Source of the DNA: Candidatus Omnitrophota bacterium
GTDB taxonomy: Bacteria; Omnitrophota; Omnitrophia; Omnitrophales; Aquincolibacteriaceae
Assembly: GCA_043732705.1 (NCBI GenBank)
Contig: JAYTHE010000043.1
Coordinates: 9,067 to 73,066 of the forward strand
DNA length: 64,000 bases
Reading direction: 5' to 3'
Each line of letters opens with the position of its first letter. Within the stretch, counting starts at the first letter, position 1. The notes under the pieces were generated by a model, which was given only the letters and a program-made list of their open reading frames with translations, ran no database searches and had not been told where the DNA came from. Below, piece by piece: positions 18,327-28,370 of the stretch. A program made the translations under genes and the position numbers.

Positions 18327-19424
18327 ATGGGTTTTAAATGCGGAATTGTAGGGCTGCCGAATGTGGGCAAGTCCACGATTTTCAATGCGATTAATAAAGA
18401 GTCACGTGCACAGGCGGCAAATTATCCGTTTTGCACGATTGAACCGAACAAGGGCATTGTTCCTGTTCCCGATCATCGCCTTGAAACTCTTACCAAGCTG
18501 ATCAAGCCGCAATCCAAAGTTCCGACCACGGTTGAATTTTATGATATCGCGGGCCTTGTGAAAGGCGCGGCCGAAGGCGAAGGCCTGGGCAATAAATTCT
18601 TAACGCATATCCGTGAAGTCGAAGCCATCATGCATGTGGTGCGCTGTTTTGAAGACCCGAATATTTTGCATGTTTCGGGCAGCGTGAATCCCGCGCGCGA
18701 CATTGAAGTGATCGATACCGAACTTTGTTTAAAAGATCTCGAAACCATCGGCACGCGTTTTACAAAAAATGACAAGCTTGCGCGCTCAGGTGACAAAGAA
18801 GCGCTTGCGGTTCAGCCGACCTTAGAAAAAATTAAAAAAGCGCTCGAAGCCGGAACACCGCTTCGCAAACTTGAGCTTACCGCCGAAGAACAGCTCGCCG
18901 TCAAAGAATGCAGCTTTCTAACTTTAAAGCCCATTTTTTATTGCGCGAATGTGGCCGAGAGTGATTTGCCAAAGGGCGGGCCGCTTGTTGAAGAGGTTCG
19001 CAAAATTGCCGCGGCCGAAGGCGCGAAGGTCGTTGTGATTTCCGGAAAAGTAGAATCCGAAATTATTGAATTGTCCGAAGCCGAACAAAAAGATTTTTTG
19101 GAAAGCTTGGGATTGGAAGAACCCGGCATGCATAAGCTCATCCGCTGCGGATATGAAACCTTGAACTTAATCACTTATCTTACGGCCGGCGAAAAAGAAG
19201 TTCGCGCGTGGACCATTATCAGAGGCATGACCGCGCCCCAAGCGGCCGGCGTAATTCACAGTGATTTTGAACGTGGATTTATACGCGCTGAAGTCATGAG
19301 CTATGAAGACTTGGTTGCCTGCGGCTCGGAAAAAGCCGTCAAAGAGAAAGGTCTTTTGCGCGTCGAAGGTAAGGAATATATAGTGAAAGACGGCGACGTG
19401 ATGTTGTTTCGGTTCAGTGTTTAG
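18327..19424 (+). CDS. ychF: ribosome-binding ATPase YchF (Obg-family GTPase)
   Basis: The protein begins [21 protein letters not shown] and ends with a TGS domain ([11 protein letters not shown]). A GGAGG RBS lies 6 nt upstream. The ORF track extends to TTG 18312. Confidence 0.9.
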   Translation: MGFKCGIVGLPNVGKSTIFNAINKESRAQAANYPFCTIEPNKGIVPVPDHRLETLTKLIKPQSKVPTTVEFYDIAGLVKGAAEGEGLGNKFLTHIREVEAIMHVVRCFEDPNILHVSGSVNPARDIEVIDTELCLKDLETIGTRFTKNDKLARSGDKEALAVQPTLEKIKKALEAGTPLRKLELTAEEQLAVKECSFLTLKPIFYCANVAESDLPKGGPLVEEVRKIAAAEGAKVVVISGKVESEIIELSEAEQKDFLESLGLEEPGMHKLIRCGYETLNLITYLTAGEKEVRAWTIIRGMTAPQAAGVIHSDFERGFIRAEVMSYEDLVACGSEKAVKEKGLLRVEGKEYIVKDGDVMLFRFSV

Positions 19425-19440
19425 GTTATATTTCCACCCA

Positions 19441-19490
19441 GTCTCGTCCGATTTGTTTTTGAGACGAGACACAGCGCTGAGTGTTTTTTT
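19441..19490 (+). terminator. rho-independent terminator after ychF
   Basis: The hairpin is GTCTCGTCCgatttgtttttGAGACGAGAC, followed by acagcgctgagtgTTTTTTT. A near-identical module follows prfC at 50775-50826. Confidence 0.6.
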
Positions 19491-19509
19491 CAAACGGCAT
19501 AATCGCCGT

Positions 19510-19538
19510 TTGAAGTTAGCCGGAAGCGCTAGTATAAT
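19510..19538 (+). promoter_or_regulatory. consensus-like promoter placing the TSS at the cysE start codon (leaderless)
   Basis: The elements are TTGAAG, a 17-nt spacer and TATAAT (within AGTATAAT). ATG 19544 is only 5 nt downstream and there is no RBS. Confidence 0.45.
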
Positions 19539-19543
19539 CCCGC

Positions 19544-20221
19544 ATGTCAAATTTCATTTATAAAGTAAAAAGCGATTTTCGCGCTTGCATTGACCGTGAT
19601 CCCGCGGCACAAACCCCGTTCGGGTGGCTGGAAGTCGTGTTGCTCTATCCCGGCTTTCACGCTGTTTTGCTTTACCGTTTCGCGCATGTGATTCAATCCT
19701 GGAAAATCCCTTTTATTCCACGCCTGCTTTCGCAGCTGGGAAGGTTTTTTACCGGAGTCGAAATTCATTCCGGCGCTAAAATCGGCCCGGGGCTTTTTAT
19801 AGATCATGGCATGGGGGTTGTCATCGGAGAAACTTCCGAAATTGGGGAAAATGCGACGCTTTATCAAGGCGTGACTTTAGGCGGAACAGGGAATGAGCGC
19901 GGCAAGCGCCATCCGACTCTAGGAAATTGCGTTGTTGTGGGCGCCGGCGCGAAAGTGCTCGGGAATATTCGGATTGGTAATTGCGTGAAAGTGGGCGCCG
20001 GTTCCGTGGTTGTGCATTCGGTCCCGGATCATTGTACAGTGGTGGGCGTTCCCGCTGAAATTGTGCGCAAAGACGGCAAGAAAGTAAATCTAATCGATCT
20101 TGAACATGGCGATTTGCCTGATCCCGTACGCGAACTTAAAAACCGTATTCGCGCGCTTCAAAAAGAAGTTGAGACGCTTGAATCGCATCTCAAAGACCAA
20201 ACTGACAAATCCGCTTCTTAG
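19544..20221 (+). CDS. cysE: serine O-acetyltransferase with a C-terminal coiled-coil tail
   Basis: The N-terminus is SAT-like (GWLEVVLLYPGFHAVLLYRFAH). There are hexapeptide repeats (GAKIGPGLFIDHGMGVVIGE). Confidence 0.8.
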   Translation: MSNFIYKVKSDFRACIDRDPAAQTPFGWLEVVLLYPGFHAVLLYRFAHVIQSWKIPFIPRLLSQLGRFFTGVEIHSGAKIGPGLFIDHGMGVVIGETSEIGENATLYQGVTLGGTGNERGKRHPTLGNCVVVGAGAKVLGNIRIGNCVKVGAGSVVVHSVPDHCTVVGVPAEIVRKDGKKVNLIDLEHGDLPDPVRELKNRIRALQKEVETLESHLKDQTDKSAS

Positions 20222-20335
20222 CTTCATAAACAAGCAAAAGAGACAAAAATAGATTAATAAGAGCGCGCTTCCGGTTTGGTTTGAGTGTTAGGCTTGTAGC
20301 AAGACTTATAAAATAAGAATTAAGAGGGTGCGTGA

Positions 20336-20821
20336 ATGCCTGAATCGCAGCGGAGTCAAAAAGGTTTTACTTTGGTGGAAATAATGATTGTGGTCGCGAT
20401 TATCGGAATTGTTGTGACCGTTGCTATTCCGGCATTATTGCGCAGCCGCGTAAATGCGAATGAATCCGCCACTAAATCGAATCTGAGAACTTTTTCCAGC
20501 GCCATTGAAGCCTATCGTGCTGCGCAAACCGTTCCGTCCTATCCTGCGGATATCAGCAGCTTAACCGCGGCCACACCGGCCTATTTGGATACCACCTGGG
20601 GCGCGGGCATGACAACCACTAAGAGTGGATATAATTTTACTTATGTTTTTGGCGGCGCAGCTCAATATGCGATTTATGCCGAACCAGTGCAGGCCAATAT
20701 TACGGGCATCAGTTCTCTCTGTGTGGATGAAACAGGAGTTGTTTGGATTTCTGCCTCATCTGCAGGTGCTTTTTCCGGCTCACCCTGTTCGGGCGGTGCC
20801 GGCGCAACCGCGCTTCAATAA
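20336..20821 (+). CDS. prepilin-type N-terminal cleavage/methylation domain protein (type IV pilin-like)
   Basis: The N-terminus is KGFTLVEIMIVVAIIGIV, a class III signal. An AGAGGG RBS is upstream. Confidence 0.8.
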   Translation: MPESQRSQKGFTLVEIMIVVAIIGIVVTVAIPALLRSRVNANESATKSNLRTFSSAIEAYRAAQTVPSYPADISSLTAATPAYLDTTWGAGMTTTKSGYNFTYVFGGAAQYAIYAEPVQANITGISSLCVDETGVVWISASSAGAFSGSPCSGGAGATALQ

Positions 20822-20828
20822 AATAAAA

Positions 20829-21245
20829 ATGCACTCCAAAATATTTTCCTATTCTGACGGCGGCGCGCGCGGTAATCCCGGCCCCGCGGCAATCGGCGTT
20901 CTTATTTGCGATGAAAAGGGAATATCTCTTTTTGAGCAGGGCGAAGTTATCGGTGATACCACCAATAATGTTGCCGAATATGAAGCCGTCATTAAAGCTT
21001 TGACACTTGCCGGAGAATTTGGCGCGCATGATATTACCCATCATATGGATAGTGAGCTTGTCAAAAAGCAGCTGACGGGGGAATACCGCCTGAAAGCCGA
21101 GCATTTGCGCCCGCTTTTTCTTAAAGTGAAAGATCTCGAAAAGAAATTTAAGAAAATCTCTTATGTCCATGTGCCGCGCGAACATCCCCAAATGAGACGG
21201 GCTGATCGGCAAGTGAATCGTGCCCTCGACGAAGCCGGCTACTAA
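20829..21245 (+). CDS. rnhA: ribonuclease H
   Basis: The sequence SDGGARGNPGPAAIGV..NNVAEYEAVIKAL..HMDSELVVKQL shows the RNase H fold motifs DxxxxGN and EYxA. The start is 8 nt after the pilin stop. The ORF-track 5' extension overlaps the pilin gene and is rejected. Confidence 0.7.
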   Translation: MHSKIFSYSDGGARGNPGPAAIGVLICDEKGISLFEQGEVIGDTTNNVAEYEAVIKALTLAGEFGAHDITHHMDSELVKKQLTGEYRLKAEHLRPLFLKVKDLEKKFKKISYVHVPREHPQMRRADRQVNRALDEAGY

Positions 21246-21296
21246 CCTCTTTTTCTCTGCGAATTATGCCCGAGTTAGGTCATGAAAAAGTAAATG

Positions 21297-21570
21297 GCAC
21301 TGCTCAAACAACGGATGCTGCGCACCGAACTCGCATTTCCAATTACTTTTTCATAACTTTCGCGATAGGGGGGGGTGGGGCTTGGATCAGAGAAACAAGG
21401 TTGAGAAAGCCAAGTCTGTCGAAGATGCCGCTATTCAACCTTGCCACGCCATAGCTCATTCTTAGAAGAAGTTTCCGGCTTTATCTTCCCATGGCTCGGC
21501 CGAGCTGAGCCATGGGAACGTTTTTCCATTTCGGGTTTCCCGAGATGAAAAAAGGTATGACGGGAAACTA
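21297..21570 (+). repeat. family-1 modular intergenic element, copy F
   Basis: The blocks are gctcaaacaacggatgctgcgcaccgaactcg (H2), ggggtggggcttggatcagagaaacaagg (B) and agtttccggctttatcttc plus hairpin CCATGGCTCggccgagctGAGCCATGG (C). Confidence 0.6.
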
Positions 21571-21934
21571 TTTTGATGACCTTGATGCCTAAGTGTGGAA
21601 ACGGTGAGATTGCGTTTCCATTACCTTTGAATTTCAAGACTTGTTTCTCACCTTATAGCCTCTCTCCCCAACATTGCGAAGATACTCAAAAAAAGAAGGC
21701 CAATTTACGAGTTTTGTGCCAAAGGACACAACTGTCTGAGTAAATGGACTTCTCTTTTTGAGCGTAATCCAGCGTTTATTTAATACTTACTTCAAAGAGA
21801 AAAATCATTACATGCGTCCGATAATATTGACCCGATTTTGACCTATTTTAAGACCTGAGTTGTTACTTGTCCCGCGTGCCTTCTGGCCTGTAGAATACCC
21901 GCTCTTCATTCTTCAGAACGGACGAATAAAAGTC

Positions 21935-23788
21935 ATGAACTCAAAATCTACTGAAAAAATAGCGGGGCGCAGTCTTTTTTTTAACGGGGAAATCCCACGC
22001 CTCATTTTTAAATTTTTAGCCTCGCTGCAGCTTGCGGTCGGGACTTTAGTTACGCTCATGATTGTGCTTGCCGCCGGGACCATCGTTGAGTCGCGGTACA
22101 GCGCCGAAGCCGCAAAAATTTTGGTTTATAACACGCCCTGGTTCGGCCTTATTTTAATTGTACTTGTGATTAATTTAGCGTGTTCCGCGGCGGACCGCCT
22201 GCCTTGGCAGAAAAAACATATTGGTTTTGTTCTGACACATTTGGGAATTATTACGATTCTTGCCGGATCTCTCGCGACGCAAACATCCGCAGTCGACGGG
22301 CAAATTATGCTGGAAGAGGGCGGCACCGGGAAATGGGTGACGCTCAAGCAGCCCATGCTTTATCTTTATTCCCAAAATTTCAAAGACGAGCGCATGCTTG
22401 CTTTTAGAGAACACGCGTTTAAATGGAAAGGGCGCGAGCGGGTATATTCGGCCGTGCTCGATAAAACTCGCCCGGCGTCTGCTGAAAATAAATCCGTGGA
22501 AGTTAATATAACGCAGTTTTGGCCCAAAGTGAATTCGGAAACAAAGTGGGTTCCGGCGGCCGAGGGCCCGGCGGCAATCCAAGTCACTTTGCATAATCAG
22601 AGAATGAATGTGACGCAGTGGGTCGTGGATGCAGAGCTCAGCCGCGAAGTTCAAATGGGGCCTGCCACGTTAAGATTTGCTTCCGAATTACTGCAGCCCG
22701 TTGCCGACATGAGCGATAAGCCTTATCTGGAAATTCAACGCGGCGATGAAAAGCTGCAAATTCCTGTTCCCGAAAAGAAAGCGCTGCCTTATGAAAAAAC
22801 TTTTGATAACGGGGTCAGCGTCAAGGTTACTGAACTTTATGACCATGCTTATGTCGAAGAAAATGTTTTGAAAGAAGGGTCGGCGCCTGAACACGCCGAA
22901 AATCCCGCAGCGGTACTGCAAATATCTGCCTCTGTGCCTTCGGCACAACTTAATTCTAGCTCTGCGCTTTCAGCGCAACCGCTAACGGAACAGCATACGG
23001 TGTTCGCAAATTTTCCTGATTTTCCCACGGTGCATGGACGCCCTGACAGCGCGTTGGGCGTTGTTGTTCAATACCGCCGTCCGAATTCAGGTTCCAAAGG
23101 CGAAAGCCATGAGTTGCGTTTTGTCGCGATGCCGGGCGGAATTCAATATCAAATTCAAACCGGAACAAAATTGCAGCAGGGGCCGGTTGAGCTAGGACGC
23201 GAAATTGGGACAGGCTGGATGGATTTGCAATTCCGCGTGGAGCAGGTTTTACCGCATGCCGTCTCCGATTTAAACGTTATCCCGCTTGATGATGATGACA
23301 AAAGTGACTCTGCTGCCGGCGCGGCTGAGATTGAAATTAAATCTGCTACGGAATCAAAAAAGTTTTGGGTCGTGGAAGGCGTTCATAAAAGCGTGATGTT
23401 TGACGACGGGCTTTTTGAAATTATTTTTGGCCGGCGTCAGCTCGGCCTCGGTTTTGAACTCGCGTTAAAAGATTTTCGCGTGAAAAACGATCCGGGCACC
23501 AATAAACCGGCCTCTTTTGAAAGCGACGTTGTTTTAAAAGATTTTGCGCGCGGAACCTCGGTTGAAAAAACGATTTCGATGAATCAGCCCCTGGCGTACC
23601 GCGGATTTAAAATTTATCAGGCGGGCTATACGCCGAATCCCGGCGGTAAGGATGTTTCGGTTTTTGCTGTCGGCCGTGATCCCGGTGTTCCGGTGAAATA
23701 TGCCGGCGCAATAATTATGGTGGCAGGCATTTTATTGATGTTTTATACGCGGCCTTATTCGCTCCGCAATGAAAAAGGACTCAAATGA
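21935..23788 (+). CDS. resB: cytochrome c biogenesis protein ResB/Ccs1 (system II)
   Basis: The N-terminus FKFLASLQLAVGTLVTLMIVLAAGTIVES is ResB-like, there is a long periplasmic domain, and a C-terminal TM segment. The gene overlaps ccsA by 4 nt. Confidence 0.75.
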   Translation: MNSKSTEKIAGRSLFFNGEIPRLIFKFLASLQLAVGTLVTLMIVLAAGTIVESRYSAEAAKILVYNTPWFGLILIVLVINLACSAADRLPWQKKHIGFVLTHLGIITILAGSLATQTSAVDGQIMLEEGGTGKWVTLKQPMLYLYSQNFKDERMLAFREHAFKWKGRERVYSAVLDKTRPASAENKSVEVNITQFWPKVNSETKWVPAAEGPAAIQVTLHNQRMNVTQWVVDAELSREVQMGPATLRFASELLQPVADMSDKPYLEIQRGDEKLQIPVPEKKALPYEKTFDNGVSVKVTELYDHAYVEENVLKEGSAPEHAENPAAVLQISASVPSAQLNSSSALSAQPLTEQHTVFANFPDFPTVHGRPDSALGVVVQYRRPNSGSKGESHELRFVAMPGGIQYQIQTGTKLQQGPVELGREIGTGWMDLQFRVEQVLPHAVSDLNVIPLDDDDKSDSAAGAAEIEIKSATESKKFWVVEGVHKSVMFDDGLFEIIFGRRQLGLGFELALKDFRVKNDPGTNKPASFESDVVLKDFARGTSVEKTISMNQPLAYRGFKIYQAGYTPNPGGKDVSVFAVGRDPGVPVKYAGAIIMVAGILLMFYTRPYSLRNEKGLK

Positions 23789-25506
23789 CAGTTCAAATCA
23801 GTATAAATAAAAAAATTATTTCCGGATTTCGTTTGTTAGCAGTTGGCTTTTTGCTAACGACCGTTTGCATGGGACAAGCCTGGGCTGCCGAAAAAAGCTG
23901 GCAAGAAACACTGTCCTCTATTCCCGTCCAGCAGGGCGGACGCGTTAAACCGTTTGAGTCTTTCGCGCGTGAAGCGATTTTATACGTTACGAGCCGAACC
24001 GCCTGGCATAAACAGCCTGCCACGCAAACAGTTTGGGAATGGATTGTGACTCCCGAAAAATGGATTTCCGAGCCGTTGATTTATGTGGCTGCGCCGCAGG
24101 TGCGGAGTGAATTCGGTTTAAAACTGATCGGAAAACGCGTTTCGGCTGAAGTTGTTATGGGCGAGAAAGCTTTTGTCCAAAAAGTGGAAGATGCTATCCA
24201 GCGCCGCGAGAAACACGGATCACTTTCTTTTACCGATAAAAAACGCATTGAAGTTTATGAGCGTGCGGTATTTTTATCCCAGCTGGGCGACGGCGAGTTT
24301 CCCGGCTGGATTCCTCAGCCGCAAACTCCGCAGGGCGCCTGGCTCAAGTTTGCTGATTTTGCCGCCGCGCCTGCGGAATGGATGCGCGACTTGCCGCAGA
24401 CAGAATTACAGAATTTTAAAAAATCCGCGGAAGAATTTGCCGCGCCCTTTAAAGCCGAAAAAACCGACGATGCCGCAAAGGCGATTGCCGCGCAGAACTT
24501 CAGAAAAACACTCGAGGCTGTTTGGTCGCGCGCGGGCATGGTCATGGACCAAAGTATTGTCGATAAAGAAATTTTTTATAACCGCCTGCATGCTTTTGGC
24601 CGCGGCTCTAAACTTTATTTGCTTGCGGCGCTTTTCTTTCTTCTTAATTTATTTTCGCGCCGCAGCCGGAAGCGTGACCGCAGTTATTCTTTGATTTTGG
24701 GCTTGGCGGCTTATGCCGGCGCGCTTTTACTGCATGCGCTTGGATTTTATTTACGCTGTACGATTTCCGGCCGCGCGCCTGTGACGAACATGTACGAATC
24801 GCTGGTTTGGGTTTCGCTCGCCGTCGCGGTTTTTTCGCTGCCGATTTATTATCATTCGCGGCATCTGACCGTGCTTGTGATTTCCTCTTTCGTTGCGGCT
24901 TTGGGTTTATTGCTTGCCGAATCTTTTCCGGCCGTGCTTGATCCGGCGCTTTCGCCGCTTGTGCCTGTATTGCGCAGCAATTTATGGCTGACCATTCACG
25001 TGTTGACGATTACGATGAGTTACGGTGCTTTCGCGCTGGGCTGGGGCTTGGGTCATGCGGTTGTTTTTGGTTATGCTTTTAGAAATACCGCCGCCAAAGC
25101 GGAAAGTTTAAACACGCTTGCGAACGCGGTTTACCGCGCGCTTCAAATCGGCGTAGTCCTGCTTGCTGCCGGAACTATTCTCGGCGGAGTTTGGGCAAAT
25201 TATTCGTGGGGCCGTTTTTGGGGCTGGGATCCGAAAGAGACTTGGGCTTTGATTGCCTTGCTCGGCTATCTGGTTGTTTTGCACGGAAGATTTATCGGCT
25301 GGTATGGCCCCTTTGGAATTGCGATGGGCGCGGTGCTCGCTTTTATGGGGATTGTGATGGCGTGGTATGGCGTCAACTTTGTGCTTGCGGCCGGACTGCA
25401 TAGTTATGGATTTGGCGGCGGCGGATATCCTTACGTTGCGTCGTTTGTTTTGGCGGACTTATTGTTGGTTGGTTTTGCGGCATGGAAACATAAAAGAAAA
25501 AGTTGA
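23785..25506 (+). CDS. ccsA: cytochrome c-type biogenesis protein CcsA/ResC with a long N-terminal extension
   Basis: The WWD motif WGRFWGWDPKETWALI is present, with multiple TM segments and conserved His. Confidence 0.8.
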   Translation: MTVQISINKKIISGFRLLAVGFLLTTVCMGQAWAAEKSWQETLSSIPVQQGGRVKPFESFAREAILYVTSRTAWHKQPATQTVWEWIVTPEKWISEPLIYVAAPQVRSEFGLKLIGKRVSAEVVMGEKAFVQKVEDAIQRREKHGSLSFTDKKRIEVYERAVFLSQLGDGEFPGWIPQPQTPQGAWLKFADFAAAPAEWMRDLPQTELQNFKKSAEEFAAPFKAEKTDDAAKAIAAQNFRKTLEAVWSRAGMVMDQSIVDKEIFYNRLHAFGRGSKLYLLAALFFLLNLFSRRSRKRDRSYSLILGLAAYAGALLLHALGFYLRCTISGRAPVTNMYESLVWVSLAVAVFSLPIYYHSRHLTVLVISSFVAALGLLLAESFPAVLDPALSPLVPVLRSNLWLTIHVLTITMSYGAFALGWGLGHAVVFGYAFRNTAAKAESLNTLANAVYRALQIGVVLLAAGTILGGVWANYSWGRFWGWDPKETWALIALLGYLVVLHGRFIGWYGPFGIAMGAVLAFMGIVMAWYGVNFVLAAGLHSYGFGGGGYPYVASFVLADLLLVGFAAWKHKRKS

Positions 25507-25675
25507 TTCAAAATAATTTTTTGTCCTGCTCGAACGCAAAACATTTTTGTGCTTGGGATTTATTCGTTGTCATTGCGAGAGAGCGTAGCGACCGAAGCAA
25601 TCTCGAGATTGCCACGTCGGCTTTCAGCCTCCTCGCAATGACGCGGTGTTAGAATTTAGAGTTTAAGAAAAGAGT

Positions 25676-26563
25676 ATGAAAAAATTACACAATCTTAGTT
25701 TGTTCGCGGCATTTTCGGGAATGGTGCTGATTGTTGCCGGTGGTCTTGTAACGAGTCATCAGGCGGGGCTTTCCGTCCCTGATTGGCCGCTGTCTTACGG
25801 CAAGCTGATGCCGCCGATGATCGGAAAAATTTTCTGGGAACATGGGCATCGCATGATCGCGAGCTTTGTCGGGTTTCTCACGCTTGTGATGTGTATCTGG
25901 ACGCATTGCCAAAGCGGTGCGAGCGCGAAACTGAAAAGCTTTTCACGGGTATTGGTTGAGCTTGTAATTTTGCAGGGCGTTTTCGGCGGCCTCACCGTGC
26001 TTTACAATTTGCCGCACGCAGTTTCAATCTTGCACGCTTCGCTCGGCCAGATTTTTTTTAGTTCGCTGGTTTGTTTTGCTTATGCCGTTAAATGCGAAGC
26101 CGAGCCGTTATTGTTTCAGATTTCCGATGAGAAGAAGCCTCTTCTTGTTAAAGCTTTCCGGATCGCTCGTGTCACCGCTTTTATTTTTCTCTTTCAACTT
26201 TTTTTAGGTGCCGCGACTCGGCATATGAAACACATGCATGTGGCCTGGACGCACGCGGGCTTCGCCTTAATCGTTGCAACGCATGTTGTTTTGGTTTTCT
26301 TGCGGGTTTCCGGACTGCATCTGGAAGATCAAGCGCCTTTGCGCGCGTCGGTATTTTTACTCGGCGCGGTTATGCTGCAACTCGTGCTCGGCGCAGGGAG
26401 CCTTGGTTTTACGCAATTTATGGAACGCGGCCTTCAGCCTTCCACCATGCAAATTTGGTTTACGACTTTCCATCAAAGTTTGGGCGCTGCACTTCTGGCA
26501 ACCATCGCACTTTTAACTTTGATGCTGGCGAAACGGGTCAAGATTTCTTCAGGCGCGCGTTAA
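25676..26563 (+). CDS. ctaA: heme A synthase (CtaA/COX15 family)
   Basis: It is a polytopic membrane protein with HQAGLSVPDWPLSYGKL..EHGHRM motifs. The stop overlaps the ctaB ATG (TAATG). Confidence 0.7.
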   Translation: MKKLHNLSLFAAFSGMVLIVAGGLVTSHQAGLSVPDWPLSYGKLMPPMIGKIFWEHGHRMIASFVGFLTLVMCIWTHCQSGASAKLKSFSRVLVELVILQGVFGGLTVLYNLPHAVSILHASLGQIFFSSLVCFAYAVKCEAEPLLFQISDEKKPLLVKAFRIARVTAFIFLFQLFLGAATRHMKHMHVAWTHAGFALIVATHVVLVFLRVSGLHLEDQAPLRASVFLLGAVMLQLVLGAGSLGFTQFMERGLQPSTMQIWFTTFHQSLGAALLATIALLTLMLAKRVKISSGAR

Positions 26564-27435
26564 TGCTGAAAACCCTCGCGGAATTGACGAAAATCCGGCT
26601 GGTTTTTTTAACGCTTTTAAGTGCAATGGCCGGGTTTTATCTGGCGCCCGGAAAATTTAATTTTTTTGCTTTTCTTTGCATGGCTTTCGGAACAGGAATC
26701 GCCGCAGCCGGCGCGATGGCCCTGAATGAGTGGATGGAAATCGAAGAAGACCGGAAAATGAAGCGCACTGAAAAGCGTCCGCTGCCTTCCGGCAAGGTGA
26801 AGCCCGCCCACGCTTTTTGGATCGGATTTATTCTTTGTATTTTGGGTTTCGCGATTTTGATTTTAACTTTGCCCGGGCTTTGCGCGCTGGTGACAATCAG
26901 TATTGTAGGTTCTTATCTTTTTGCTTATACGCCCGCAAAGAAAAAATCATCGCTGAATACGATCATTGGGGCAGTCCCGGGCGCTTTGCCGCCGGTTGCC
27001 GGCTGGGCCGCAAGTACGGGGCATTTGTCTTTTGAAGCGTGGATTTTAGCGAGCATTATTTTTTTATGGCAGCTGCCGCACTTTTTGTCTTTGGCGTGGG
27101 TATACCGCGCGGATTATGAAAAAGCCGGCTTCGTGATGCTGACCGTGGAAGAAAAAAATCCGGCGCGTATCCGTGAAAAAGTCATGCTGTATACTTTTGC
27201 TTTAGTGCCCGTAAGCCTTCTGCCGTCGCTTACGGGATTAACCGGAAAGATTTATTTTTTTGGCGCGCTGGGACTTGGAATCGGTTTTTGCTGGAAAGCG
27301 CTGAAAGATTTGCGCGATTTGGATAAAGGCGCAAAGCCTTTTTTCTTTTATTCGATTTTTTATTTATTTTTGCTTCAGCTCTTAATGGTTTTTGACAAAC
27401 AACATGAAGTCAGTCTTCAGGCGGTAACTCAGTGA
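26563..27435 (+). CDS. ctaB: protoheme IX farnesyltransferase (heme O synthase)
   Basis: UbiA-family motifs NEWMEIEEDRKMKRTEKRPLPSG and YRADY are present. The start is ATG 26563, not the ORF-track 26455. Confidence 0.85.
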   Translation: MLKTLAELTKIRLVFLTLLSAMAGFYLAPGKFNFFAFLCMAFGTGIAAAGAMALNEWMEIEEDRKMKRTEKRPLPSGKVKPAHAFWIGFILCILGFAILILTLPGLCALVTISIVGSYLFAYTPAKKKSSLNTIIGAVPGALPPVAGWAASTGHLSFEAWILASIIFLWQLPHFLSLAWVYRADYEKAGFVMLTVEEKNPARIREKVMLYTFALVPVSLLPSLTGLTGKIYFFGALGLGIGFCWKALKDLRDLDKGAKPFFFYSIFYLFLLQLLMVFDKQHEVSLQAVTQ

Positions 27436-28370
27436 TTCGTATCGAAAATCTCGAATTCAGTTATAAAACAAAAAAAGTTTTAAACGGTCTCAGCCTGGAA
27501 ATTCCGGACGGAACTGTTTTTGGCATGCTTGGACCGAACGGCTCCGGCAAGACAACTTTATTTCGAATTTTAAGCACCATGCTTGCTCCGCAAAAAGGCA
27601 GTGTGACTTGGCTCGGCTATGACCTGGCGCGTGAGGCCGCCGCAGTCCGTGCAACTTTAGGCGTGGTTTTTCAATATCCGAGTTTGGACCCGCAGCTTAC
27701 TATCGAAGAAAACTTAAAATGCCAGGGCGCTTTATACGGTCTCGGAGGAAAAGAGCTGCAGGCTAAAATCGAAGACCGCTTAAAAAAGCTAGGGGTTTGG
27801 GATCGCCGTACTTCAAAAGCACGGGAACTTTCGGGTGGCTTGAAACGCCGTGTTGAGCTTGCGAAAGCCTTAATCCATGAGCCGCAGGTTTTGCTTTTAG
27901 ACGAACCTTCCACTGGTTTGGACCCGCGCGCGCGCGCCGAACTTTGGAATTTCCTTTTGGAGTTAAACCGTGAAAAGAAAACGACCATGCTTGTGACGAC
28001 GCATTTGATGGAAGAAGCCGAAAAATGCTCACGCCTTGTGATTATGGACGAGGGCCGTGTTATCGCGCAGGGAACGCCGTCCGAATTAAAATCGGGACTT
28101 GGCGTGGGATCAATTTGGATTGAAACCGAAGAGCTTGCCGATCTGGATTCGGCGATTCAAAAAAGATTTCAAATTAAACCTGTACGCGTTCCGACGGGGC
28201 TGAAATTGAATCATGCCGAACCGCACCGCTTGATCGCCGATTTGATCGAGGCTTTTCCCGGCAAGATGGACTCGGTCGCTTTTCACAAGCCCAGCTTGGA
28301 AGATGTATTTTTACAAAAAACCGGGCGCATTTTTGAAGCCGGAGAGGTTGTGGTCCATGGAAAAAAATAA
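27432..28370 (+). CDS. ABC transporter ATP-binding protein
   Basis: Walker A GPNGSGKTT, the signature LSGGLKRRV and Walker B LLLDEPSTGLD are present. The GTG start overlaps the ctaB stop. Confidence 0.85.
   Translation: MIRIENLEFSYKTKKVLNGLSLEIPDGTVFGMLGPNGSGKTTLFRILSTMLAPQKGSVTWLGYDLAREAAAVRATLGVVFQYPSLDPQLTIEENLKCQGALYGLGGKELQAKIEDRLKKLGVWDRRTSKARELSGGLKRRVELAKALIHEPQVLLLDEPSTGLDPRARAELWNFLLELNREKKTTMLVTTHLMEEAEKCSRLVIMDEGRVIAQGTPSELKSGLGVGSIWIETEELADLDSAIQKRFQIKPVRVPTGLKLNHAEPHRLIADLIEAFPGKMDSVAFHKPSLEDVFLQKTGRIFEAGEVVVHGKK

Noticed and set aside
20625-21245. ORF-track 206-aa version of the RNase H gene starting at 20625
   Set aside because: The 5' extension overlaps the pilin-like gene and translates to a non-conserved hydrophobic peptide. 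The RNase H homology begins at Met 20829, 8 nt after the pilin stop.
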